A stretch of 54,623 bases of DNA from a virus (Duplodnaviria > Caudoviricetes), in IMG/VR virus record IMGVR_UViG_3300042471_000954, positions 1-54,623 of that record; one strand, given 5' to 3'. The notes beneath the pieces were generated by a model, which made no database searches, had not been told where the DNA came from, and saw nothing but the letters and a program-made list of their open reading frames with translations. Shown in pieces: positions 36,473 to 44,774 of the stretch (within the stretch, counting starts at the first letter, position 1; every line of letters starts with the position of its first letter). The position numbers were made by a program, and so were the translations under genes.

Positions 36473-36964
36473 TCATGCGCTGGCCTCCCGTGGCAGCTCC
36501 AGCCCCAGCCGCTCCAGGGCCTCCACCACATCAGCCAGCGAGGTCACACCGAACCGCTTGATCCGCAGCAGATCCGCAGGGGTCAGGTTCAACAGGTGGT
36601 CTACCGTGCTCACCCCTGCCCGCTTGAGGGTGTTGTAGGCGCGGACGGTGCGGAGGTCTAACCGCTCGATCGGCACCGATGCCACGGTGGGCTCCGGGGC
36701 TGGCTGGGTGCTTTCCTGCACCTTGGCGGCAATCAATGCCTCCAACCGAGCCTCAACCTGATCTAGCCGGGCAGCCGTGCTAAGCGGTGCTGGTTCTGCA
36801 GCCACAAGGGATAGGTGTTCGCCCGTCCAGACTTTTTCCTGGGTGGTGAACCGGAACCCGCAGGCTTTGCAGACGCAGCGGCGCCGCTTGGCCTGTGCCT
36901 TGGGTTGATAGCGGGACTCAATGACCCGGTGGCCAATGGCTCCGCATTCGGGACAGGGGATCAT
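36473..36964 (-). CDS. NrdR-type Zn-ribbon fused to RNA polymerase alpha C-terminal domain
   Basis: CPECG...VIESR...RRRC.C..CGFRFTTQE plus IERLDL.TVRAYNTLKRAGV.TV..LL....DLLRIKRFG..SL.DV...L. Confidence 0.85.
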   Translation of the reverse strand: MIPCPECGAIGHRVIESRYQPKAQAKRRRCVCKACGFRFTTQEKVWTGEHLSLVAAEPAPLSTAARLDQVEARLEALIAAKVQESTQPAPEPTVASVPIERLDLRTVRAYNTLKRAGVSTVDHLLNLTPADLLRIKRFGVTSLADVVEALERLGLELPREASA

Positions 36965-37842
36965 GCCGCCACCCCTGAATCAAACAACGAAGCAGACTGG
37001 CCCTCCGCCTGCTCCAGGAATCGGGCAGCCTGGCGGGCGTACTCGGGCTTCAGTTCAACACCGATATAGCGCCGTCCCATCTTCACGGCCTGATAGCCGG
37101 TGCTGCCGATCCCGTTGAACGGATCCATCACCAAATCGCCAGGGTTGCTGTAGAGGGTCAGGCAGCGTTCAATCACATCCAACTGCAACGGGCAGATGTG
37201 TCGTTCATCTTCCTGTCCCTTGGCCATGCGACCGTTTAGCACCTTGGTCTGATTAACCTGCATCCAAACAGGCGAGGCCAGCTCCTGCCACATGCCCACA
37301 GGCAAATCTTCTGGATCGTGGGTGACTGGATCGGGGTTCTCCTGGTCCTTTCGGAAGAACAGCATGTAGTCAGGCATTCCCACTCGACTACGTGTGCTGT
37401 CTTTCTTTAGTTGCTTGTAAAGCAGGCCTAAGGCTTTGGTCCGCTGCATCTCAATCACAGGATCTTTCCAGATTGTGCAGCGAGCGTGGTAGACCCATCC
37501 GGCGTCCTGGTGAGCACGAACAAGGTCGCCTCCAAAGTCATGCAAACCGATGAATCCATCTTTGCTCTTGCGAGCTGGCAGGTCTGAACAATGCACGCAG
37601 GCAACGCGGCCAGGCTTAAGCACTCGATACAGAGCTTCCGTAAAATAGGCGTAATGCTCCATGAACTCTTCATGGCTGCCGCAGTTACCCATGTCCCGCT
37701 CAGAATCTGAGTAAACAAACAAATCAGAGAATGGCGGCGAGAAGATAGCAAGATCAATGATGCCGTCTGGCATTCCGTTCATTACTTCAATGCAGTCGGC
37801 CAGATAAACTGCCCAGCTGTGGCCTTGATAGTCAGGTTTCAT
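36961..37842 (-). CDS. DNA methyltransferase (N4C/N6A, beta class)
   Basis: FSPPF catalytic motif precedes DPFNGIGSTG SAM-binding motif; start ATG 37842. Confidence 0.9.
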   Translation of the reverse strand: MKPDYQGHSWAVYLADCIEVMNGMPDGIIDLAIFSPPFSDLFVYSDSERDMGNCGSHEEFMEHYAYFTEALYRVLKPGRVACVHCSDLPARKSKDGFIGLHDFGGDLVRAHQDAGWVYHARCTIWKDPVIEMQRTKALGLLYKQLKKDSTRSRVGMPDYMLFFRKDQENPDPVTHDPEDLPVGMWQELASPVWMQVNQTKVLNGRMAKGQEDERHICPLQLDVIERCLTLYSNPGDLVMDPFNGIGSTGYQAVKMGRRYIGVELKPEYARQAARFLEQAEGQSASLFDSGVAA

Positions 37843-39215
37843 TTGAGAAAATCGGGAAGGGTGACTTGACTTGTGCGTGCGTATGCCTTTTTGAACGCCG
37901 CTGATTGATGGCCATTCATCGCTTCGGCCATAGCTCGCTTCATGCGCTGATGATCCTGAGCTTTGCGCTGCACGTTGTTCCAGATTGATGTCTCCGTGTC
38001 GCTGATCACGACGTGACAAGTAACTGGATTGGTCTGCCCATACCGCCAGGCGCGTCGCACGGCTTGGTAGTGCTGCTCATAGCTGTGGCTGACACTGGCG
38101 AAGATCACCGTGTTGGCGTGCTGCCAGTTGAGGCCTAGGCCAGCCAGCTTAGGCTTGGAAACGATCACCCGCCGCCGGCCAAAAGTGAAGTCGTCCAGGG
38201 CGGCGATCTTTTCCTCTGGGTCCATGGAGCCATGCACCTCGATAGCGTCGGGGATGGACTGAGCGAGGGCCGATGATTCGCCGTTGGTTTCACACCAAAC
38301 GATCACAGCGCCGTCGGCGGCATTGGCGATCTCGGCGGCCTTAGCCACTCGATCATCCAATGTGAGCCGCTTCTCCTTGTGGATCGTAGTGGCGCTGCCA
38401 TCGGGGATCCTGAACAGCATCCCGTCGGGCACGTCCACGGTGATGTCAGCCGAGACAGTGTGCAGCTCATAGCTGAGCGGCGGCAGCACAAATCCTGAAT
38501 CGTCACCACCTAAATCGGATGGCAACGTGGCGGCCCTGGCCCAGCTGGCTACCCAGCCCCAGAAGTCAGCCTGAGCGTGCCCTTTCAGTCGCCAGTCTTG
38601 GCTGGCGGTGCTGGTGTCGTTGACGAACCACCGGCACAGCATCTCCATGCTCCCGAGATGGCCCAAGAACTCCGAGTGATTGCCCAGCTCCATGTGATCG
38701 TTTGGTGCTGGTGTAGCCGTGGCTGCCAGCCGGTACGGGGTCGATGTAAAGGCATCGCAAAGCAGGCGCTTGGTCGGGCCGGAAAACGCCTTAAGAATGG
38801 AGCTTTCATCCAACACGACGCCGCCGTAGACGCTGGGGTCCAGCTTCGGGAGTCGTTCGTAATTGGCGATGTTCACACCTGACCCGGCCTCTGATTGCTC
38901 GCGGATCACGCGGGCATCGACGCCGATTGCGGCGCACTCGCGCTGCATCTGCCTGGCCACTGCCAGCGGGGTCAGGATCAGCGCTGGACGGCCGGACTGC
39001 TGGGCAAACTCAGCAGCAGCAGCGGCCTCGACCCTGGATTTGCCCAGGCCAGTGTCCAGGAAGGCGGCAGCCCTGCCTTTCTCGCAAACAAACTGCAAGG
39101 TGGCCATCTGATGCGGGAAAAGGCTTGGCCACTGATTGGCAGGGGTAAATCCGTTCGAGGTTGCTGCGGTGCCCTTGCAAGCAATGAACTCCCGATAACT
39201 GGTGAGTGTTTTCAT
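37839..39215 (-). CDS. SNF2-like SF2 helicase
   Basis: LDTGLGKS, LDESS, TATPAPN, GLGLNWQ, QAVRRAWRYGQ. Confidence 0.9.
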   Translation of the reverse strand: MKTLTSYREFIACKGTAATSNGFTPANQWPSLFPHQMATLQFVCEKGRAAAFLDTGLGKSRVEAAAAAEFAQQSGRPALILTPLAVARQMQRECAAIGVDARVIREQSEAGSGVNIANYERLPKLDPSVYGGVVLDESSILKAFSGPTKRLLCDAFTSTPYRLAATATPAPNDHMELGNHSEFLGHLGSMEMLCRWFVNDTSTASQDWRLKGHAQADFWGWVASWARAATLPSDLGGDDSGFVLPPLSYELHTVSADITVDVPDGMLFRIPDGSATTIHKEKRLTLDDRVAKAAEIANAADGAVIVWCETNGESSALAQSIPDAIEVHGSMDPEEKIAALDDFTFGRRRVIVSKPKLAGLGLNWQHANTVIFASVSHSYEQHYQAVRRAWRYGQTNPVTCHVVISDTETSIWNNVQRKAQDHQRMKRAMAEAMNGHQSAAFKKAYARTSQVTLPDFLK

Positions 39216-39218
39216 CGC

Positions 39219-40358
39219 TCAAACCTCAGCCCAGTCAACCCGAACCGCCGGGTGCAGCGTCCCCTCAGCGATGGCGCGGGCGGCGGCGGCGGGATCCATG
39301 GTGGTGAGGGTTGCGGTAAGGGCAGCAACAAAGTCATCCCGGCGCTGCTGCTTGGCCTCCTCAGCCCTGGCAGCCGCCTCCCGCAGTTCCGCCTCCATCT
39401 CGGCCTGCTGCTTGACGCGAGCCTCTTCCCGAGCGGCTGCCTCCTCAGCCCGGCGCTCCGCCTCTTCCTGCGCAAGGCGAGCCGCCTCCACCTGAGCCAG
39501 TGCATGAGCTTCGCGGGCGGCGATTGCTTCCCGTTCCTTGCGTGCCTGCTCTTCGGCTTCCGCAGCACGCTTCTCTGCTTCCAGTTCACGGGCCAGGCGA
39601 TCGGCCTCCACGGCCTCCTGCTGCAACCGCGCAATGCGGTCGGCCTCCTCACGGGCTGCCTTCTCGGCGCGTAAAGCCTCCAGCTCCATGCGCTCAGCTT
39701 CCTGGGCAGCCAGGGTGTCGTGCAGGGTCTGCAGCCGCTCCAGGGCCTCAGCGCAGCGGTTGGCGCCAGCTTCGCTGAACTCCTCCAGCGTGGTGGGGTC
39801 GATCGTGCCTAGCTCTTTTATGCGGTCGTAAGCGTCTGAGACGGTTTCAACCCCTTCGGTGAGCGCAGCAATGCGATCCAGGACGGCCCGGTGCGCTTCG
39901 ATGCGGGCCTCTTCCTTGGCTTCAATCGCCTTAATGGCCGTTTCGTGGGGCTCGATCAGCCCTTGAACGGCTGCTTCTAGGAGCTTGGCGCTTTCATCTA
40001 CGGCTTTGCCGCGCTCTATGTGAACCGCCTTGGCGTCCTTCCTGGCTCGCTCAATCTTGCCCTTAAGGCCACGCAAGCCGTGGACGTAGGAGCGGGCTTG
40101 TCTGTTGTCCCACTTGTCGTCGTAGTCAAAGACCTTGCCGGGGGCCTCTCCTTCGGCAATGGCGATGTCGCAGGCGATTGCTTCCCATCGGGTGATCGCC
40201 TGCGCTTCGGCTGCCGGAACGATGGCGGCCTGGGGGGCGGCGGGGGCTTCCGTGGCGGCTGGGGCCTCGGTGGGCAGCACCTCTGCGGTAACGGCTGGGG
40301 GTGCTGCGGTGGCGGCCTTAGCGGTTTTGGCTCTGGTCTTGGTGGTGGTGGCGGTCAT
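39219..40358 (-). CDS. coiled-coil phage protein
   Basis: IERARKDAK...GKAVD..AK pattern followed by a long E/A/R coiled coil; start moved to ATG 40358. Confidence 0.7.
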   Translation of the reverse strand: MTATTTKTRAKTAKAATAAPPAVTAEVLPTEAPAATEAPAAPQAAIVPAAEAQAITRWEAIACDIAIAEGEAPGKVFDYDDKWDNRQARSYVHGLRGLKGKIERARKDAKAVHIERGKAVDESAKLLEAAVQGLIEPHETAIKAIEAKEEARIEAHRAVLDRIAALTEGVETVSDAYDRIKELGTIDPTTLEEFSEAGANRCAEALERLQTLHDTLAAQEAERMELEALRAEKAAREEADRIARLQQEAVEADRLARELEAEKRAAEAEEQARKEREAIAAREAHALAQVEAARLAQEEAERRAEEAAAREEARVKQQAEMEAELREAAARAEEAKQQRRDDFVAALTATLTTMDPAAAARAIAEGTLHPAVRVDWAEV

Positions 40359-40450
40359 GTGGTGGTGATCGTTTCGGAACGACCTAAGTACGATACCATT
40401 TTGAAACCGCAACGGCTTAGGCCAGCGGCAATTCATCACGAAACACCACC

Positions 40451-41098
40451 ATGGCAACCGCTACCAAGACCAAAACCCAGGCCCCTGAGGAGGCCATCAG
40501 CATCAAGGCGCCGGATTTCCGGTTCCTGGAGATCAACATCCGGGGCACGGCCCCCCTCGTCGTGAACCGCTTCTCAGCGAAGGCGATCGAGATGATGCGG
40601 GCCACGCAGGAGGCAGGCAGCGCCGCAAAGTCCAAGAAGGTGCGGGAGCCGAAGGACTTTGATGCCCTGTTTGAGAACGCCAAGCATGTTTCAAACGAGG
40701 GCTGGGAAGGCATCCACGCTGCCGCTTTCCGCAATGGCGCCATCAGTGCCTGCCGGGCTGTGGGCTACAAAATGACCCATGCCAAGCTCGCGTTCAGCGT
40801 GCTGCAGGATGGCTTTGATCGGGTAGACGGCGCCCCGCTGGTGCGCCTTTCCGAGGGAGTGGCTGAGCAGTGGGTGGCTCCAACCCGGAACGCTACGGGC
40901 GTGGTTGATCTGCGCTGCCGCCCGATGTACCGGGAATGGGCTGCCGTGTTGCGCATCCGGTATGACGCGGGGATGCTCAGCTCTAGTGATGTCGTGAACC
41001 TGATCAGCCGGGTAGGTCTTCAGGTGGGCATCGGCGAAGGGCGCCCCGATAGCAAGGCCAGCGCAGGCCTAGGCTTTGGCCTCTTTGAACTTATCTAA
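40451..41098 (+). CDS. stand-alone Cas7/RAMP-like RNA-binding protein
   Basis: RAMP hallmarks: IRGTAPL (beta1), GIHAAAFRNGAISAC (P.S..KG-like helix), RCRPMYREW, C-terminal G-rich loop GLQVGIGEGRP....GLGFGLF. Confidence 0.75.
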   Translation: MATATKTKTQAPEEAISIKAPDFRFLEINIRGTAPLVVNRFSAKAIEMMRATQEAGSAAKSKKVREPKDFDALFENAKHVSNEGWEGIHAAAFRNGAISACRAVGYKMTHAKLAFSVLQDGFDRVDGAPLVRLSEGVAEQWVAPTRNATGVVDLRCRPMYREWAAVLRIRYDAGMLSSSDVVNLISRVGLQVGIGEGRPDSKASAGLGFGLFELI

Positions 41099-41112
41099 CA
41101 ATCGGATTACGT

Positions 41113-42062
41113 GGGCCATGGTTGCGTCTGCTGCCATGGCCTTGCAGGCATGGTGCGGAAGGCGTGTCCGGGGCTCGCAAGGGTTGACGCGGCAGGCATG
41201 GCCCGGTCAGGTCGGAACGGCCAAGCCGGGAGGGCGTGGCAGGCACGGTGTGGCAGGGGAGGCCAACCATGGTCGGGCCGGGAACGGCAGGCATGGCTTC
41301 GAGGGGCTTGGCGAGATCTGGACTGGACGGGCACGGCAGGCATGGCTTCGGAAGGCACGGCCAGGCCAGTTCTGGCAGGCAAGGCGTGGTCAAGCGTGGA
41401 AGGTCTGGCACGGCTGGCTAGGTGTGGTCGGGCTAGGGCAAGGCACGGCTGGCAAGGTCTGGTGGGCACCTCTGGCGGGGCATGGCAGGCGAAGCAACAA
41501 GGGCATGGCTGGGTCTGGTGTGGCAGGGTGCTGCAGGCATGACTAGGCGCGGAAGGACAGGTTCGGCAGGCAAGGCAGTGGTGGCAGGGCCAGGACCGGA
41601 CTGGCAGGCGTGGCACGACGTGGCGTTGAACGGCGGGGTTGGCAGGCACGGAGTGGCGAGGTCAGGAGCGATCGAGGCACGGCATCGGACGGCAGGCATG
41701 GTCAGGAAGGCAGGGATCGGCAGGCAAGGAAAGGCGTGGCCTGGACAGGCGTGGCTGGCAAGGCGAGATCTGGCGCGGAACGTCTGGCGCGGCACGGCAG
41801 GCATGGCACGGTCTGGATGGGTAGGGCACGGCAGGACTGGCTAGGAAGGCCTGGCGGTGTACGCCGTCGCAGGCTCGGCGTGGCTCGGCAAGGCGCGGCA
41901 TGGAAGGGCATGGCAGGCAAGGCAAGGAACGATCGAGGATCGACCGGGCGTGGCGCTGCTGGCCTCGCTTGTTGGCGCAAGGCACCGCACGATGCGGCTC
42001 AGCTTGCGTGTTGCGATTGCCAAATGGCAGCAGAATGGGGGCTTGAATGGGCCCCCTCATTC
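41113..42062 (+). ncRNA. putative guide-RNA array of GG(C/T/A)NN pentamers in ~20 units delimited by GGCWGG
   Basis: Example 41872-41915: GGCTC GGCGT GGCTC GGCAA GGCGC GGCAT GGAAG GGCAT GGCA. Bounded by hairpins at ~41113-41141 and ~42033-42062. Periodicity is directly visible; RNA status is inferred. Confidence 0.65.
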
Positions 42063-42077
42063 CTATCCCCTGAACCC

Positions 42078-42635
42078 ATGGATTTCATCAAAGCTGAACC
42101 TGAATACGTCTTCCGAATTGAGGATGGCGAGGAAGCGATGGGCGTCGATGCTCAGACCGCTGGCAGCGAGCTAGACCGCATCCGGCGGCGTGATGGCACG
42201 ATCCGCCCTGCTGTGGTGGTTGACGAGGCCAGACCGGAGCAGGCACCGCTGCATCCGGCGTTCGAGTGGCGCGACCCGGTGGCTGCTGAGCAGTGGCGCG
42301 AGCATCAGGCCAGCACGCTGATCAAGGTGGTGCGGGTGGTGCCTGCTGCTCCTGTGGAGCCCCGCGTGGCCTCGGTGCGGCCTGTCACCCAGCCGGTGGC
42401 CCCGTTGGTGGAGCGCTACGACCCGATGGCTAAGGAGGTGCTGGAGGCCGTGGGCTTGGTGGTAGAGGCCCGCCGCAGGGTTGAGGAGCTGAAACTACGC
42501 ACCCAGCGCATGGGTGATCGCAAGTCGATGGCTGTCCTAGGAGTGGCGTTTGGGATGCTCGATGAAGCCCATGAAGCGCTGACCAACTGTCAGCTCAGTA
42601 GCACATGGGAGCGAGAACTACAGCAGGCCCGGTGA
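42078..42635 (+). CDS. conserved phage protein, partner of the RAMP/array locus
   Basis: G.EL.RI....G.I.P..VVDEARP...PLHPAFEW.D..AAEQWR..QA..LI; start moved to ATG 42078. Confidence 0.75.
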   Translation: MDFIKAEPEYVFRIEDGEEAMGVDAQTAGSELDRIRRRDGTIRPAVVVDEARPEQAPLHPAFEWRDPVAAEQWREHQASTLIKVVRVVPAAPVEPRVASVRPVTQPVAPLVERYDPMAKEVLEAVGLVVEARRRVEELKLRTQRMGDRKSMAVLGVAFGMLDEAHEALTNCQLSSTWERELQQAR

Positions 42636-42654
42636 GACTGGAACAGAGATCGAG

Positions 42655-42678
42655 GGGGCCGTGGTTGGCCCCTTTTTT
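42655..42678 (+). terminator. rho-independent terminator closing the RAMP operon
   Basis: GGGGCC-GTGGTT-GGCCCC-TTTTTT. Confidence 0.85.
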
Positions 42679-42704
42679 ATGAGCGGCTCAACGGTGACCG
42701 GGGG

Positions 42705-42980
42705 TCAGAGGTGATCGCTGGCCCGCTCCATCCACGCCTCGGCGTAAGCCTGCACCTCGGCCAGCTTGCGGAACATTTCCGCCCGCTCGTCTCGGGCCTG
42801 CTGCCAGGCAGCATCGCCCTGAGGGTAGAAGTCGCGGGCGTTGCAGGTGGCGGCCTGGAGGGCATCACTGGCCCTGTCGATGGCCCGGTAGACGGCGTGG
42901 TACTCATCGGCCAGGGACTTGGCCCCGGTGCCGTTGAGGTGGATCGTGGGGAGGGCGTAGGCGGTGCTGGTGGCGGGCAT
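42705..42980 (-). CDS. hypothetical protein
   Basis: LPTIHLNGTG...NARDFYPQG..AWQQAR.ER. Confidence 0.65.
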   Translation of the reverse strand: MPATSTAYALPTIHLNGTGAKSLADEYHAVYRAIDRASDALQAATCNARDFYPQGDAAWQQARDERAEMFRKLAEVQAYAEAWMERASDHL

Positions 42981-43040
42981 CGGTCGGAGGCGGTGGGTTG
43001 GTGGTGTGGTTGCCGGATAGGCTCCGGCGGGCCGTGGGGG

Positions 43041-43256
43041 TCAGGCGGCCCAGGCGTAACAGGCCTCCAGGGCGGCAAGCGTATAAGTAAGCGTGCTTTC
43101 CTGGTACGGCATAAAGTAAAGATCTGAACCATCGATGCACTGAGAAATGCCAGCGGGTTCGGCGTTGCAGATTTGATCAATAGTTGGTGCTGTCCAGCTG
43201 TAGGTCACTCCGCTGAAGATGTGGTGAGAAGTGCGGGTTTTTGTGGCGGCGGTCAT
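43041..43256 (-). CDS. hypothetical protein
   Basis: MTAATKTRT...; follows repeated early promoter. Confidence 0.55.
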   Translation of the reverse strand: MTAATKTRTSHHIFSGVTYSWTAPTIDQICNAEPAGISQCIDGSDLYFMPYQESTLTYTLAALEACYAWAA

Positions 43257-43345
43257 GGCTGGTGGTGGGTGGTGGGTGGATCTCTCCCCCTGTCTCCATA
43301 CTGTAACCCATCCGTTACGGCACGGAAGGAGCAGCGCTGGCCGGT

Positions 43346-43588
43346 TCACAAATTGTCATCCGCTTGCCGCTGCCGCTTTCTCGCCCTGCTCCGCCGCACT
43401 CGCTCCGCCACATCGGCCCGGCCCTCGGGGGTGAGCCTGAGCCAGCAGCGCTGGCACCACGGGTCGTACTTGCCGGTGTGGAGAGTGCCGCAGGCTTGGC
43501 AGGGCACACGCACCGCTGGGGGCAGCCGCTCGGCTTGCCGCTCTCGCCAGCGGCGTTGGCGGTCGGCGGCGGTGGGGTCAGTAGGCAT
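43346..43588 (-). CDS. Zn-finger basic protein
   Basis: ADRQRRWRER...CQACG...C.RCW. Confidence 0.55.
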   Translation of the reverse strand: MPTDPTAADRQRRWRERQAERLPPAVRVPCQACGTLHTGKYDPWCQRCWLRLTPEGRADVAERVRRSRARKRQRQADDNL

Positions 43589-43859
43589 GGGCAGGCGCAG
43601 GCATTAATGGAACCACGCGAGCGAGGGTATGTGAGTCGCTCCAATCCGTTTTCCATTGAGGGCAATGCAGCCACGGGCATTTGCCGAAGTTGCTGGCAAC
43701 GTGCTCCCACGATCCGTTTGCCCAGCGTCCTTCATGGTTGAGGTACTGAACTGCGCCCTCGTGGTCGCCGTCTTCCGCTGTAGGGGGCCTGTCGCAGATT
43801 GGCTCTGGCCAATGATGTGGATACACCTTGATCGCTGTTGCGGCGGTGGGGTCAGGCAT
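43578..43859 (-). CDS. hypothetical protein
   Basis: DRPPTAEDGD..G.V motif; overlapping coupling. Confidence 0.55.
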   Translation of the reverse strand: MPDPTAATAIKVYPHHWPEPICDRPPTAEDGDHEGAVQYLNHEGRWANGSWEHVASNFGKCPWLHCPQWKTDWSDSHTLARVVPLMPAPAHAY

Positions 43860-44058
43860 GGGATCGCTTTAGTTTTGGGTACAAGCCATTGCCAGTGGTT
43901 TTAACTAGCCATCCAGTTGCTACGAGGTCTTCCACGGCGTAAAGGACTATTGCAACGTGAAAATACCCGACTAGATCAACGGTATCGACCAATGTGTTTG
44001 GGCGATTGATAAAATACTGCTTCAGAGCTTCGCGGATTCATTCGGGCGATTGATACAT
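43852..44058 (-). pseudogene. small wHTH-like gene with in-frame TGA at codon 7
   Basis: MYQSPE*IREALKQYFINRPNTLVDTVDLVGYFHVAIVLYAVEDLVATGWLVKTTGNGLYPKLKRSHA*. Confidence 0.5.
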
Positions 44059-44115
44059 GGCGGGTTGGTTGGCGGTGGAATGGGTTGCCGGGTAGGCCCC
44101 GGCGGGCCGTGGGGG

Positions 44116-44277
44116 TCAGGCGGCTTTGACGTGGAGGCCTTGAGCGATCTCTTTAAGCTCGGATTCAGTGCGGAAGACCAGCATGAACCAGAAATCTCCG
44201 GTGACTTCACAATTGTTGGCTTTGATGACGTTCATGATGTCGTGGCGGAGGGCTTGCTTGCGCTGAGTGGTGGTCAT
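44116..44277 (-). CDS. small hypothetical protein
   Basis: MTTTQRKQALRH...; follows repeated early promoter. Confidence 0.55.
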   Translation of the reverse strand: MTTTQRKQALRHDIMNVIKANNCEVTGDFWFMLVFRTESELKEIAQGLHVKAA

Positions 44278-44389
44278 GGCTGGCTGGTGATGGGTGGTGG
44301 CGGGATCTCCCCCCCCCCGATGCACATACTGTAACCCATGCGTGACGGTCTGCCCTGCCCATCGGTGGCCAGTTCACATAACGTCGCAA

Positions 44390-44578
44390 TCAGGCCAGCA
44401 GCTTGGCCACCCGATGGCGAGAGCACCCCAGCCGGCGGGCGATTTCCCGCTGACTGACACCAGAGCGCCTCCAGCGGCGGGCCCGGTCGCGTTTGGTTTC
44501 AAGCGCCCAGGCAATAGCAACCAGGACGATCAGCAGAGGCGTGAGCACCCACAGCAGGGCGCAGGAAATGGTGGTCAT
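44390..44578 (-). CDS. membrane-anchored HTH protein
   Basis: N-terminal TM (LLWVLTPLLIVLVAIAWAL) followed by SQREIARRLGCSRHRV. Confidence 0.65.
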   Translation of the reverse strand: MTTISCALLWVLTPLLIVLVAIAWALETKRDRARRWRRSGVSQREIARRLGCSRHRVAKLLA

Positions 44579-44774
44579 CGGTTCGGTGGTGGTAGAACCA
44601 ACCGGGGCGCTCAGGCCTCGCCGGTCAGTTGGAAATGGTGTGCCGGATCTCTCCGACTCGCACATCATAACCCCTGTGGCAGCGATCAAGGCTGGTATGA
44701 TGCAGGGGCAGCGGGGTGGTTCCTGCTGTTCAGGCCGGTCGGCCTGGTGGTGAGCGAAGCCCTTGGCGTGATCG

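Noticed and set aside
36473-36964. nrdR or rpoA orthologue
   Set aside because: It lacks the NrdR ATP-cone and the alpha N-terminal domain, so no gene symbol was assigned.
41143-41935. Canonical CRISPR array
   Set aside because: No identical 23-47 nt direct repeats with unique spacers; conservation is at the GG pentamer level, and no cas1/cas2 is present.
41076-42174. Many overlapping track ORFs across the array, including the N-terminal ~156 aa of the 341-aa ORF at 41610
   Set aside because: These are low-complexity G/R/A/W or P/C/L translations produced by a stop-poor 5-nt periodic sequence. The credible protein starts at ATG 42078.
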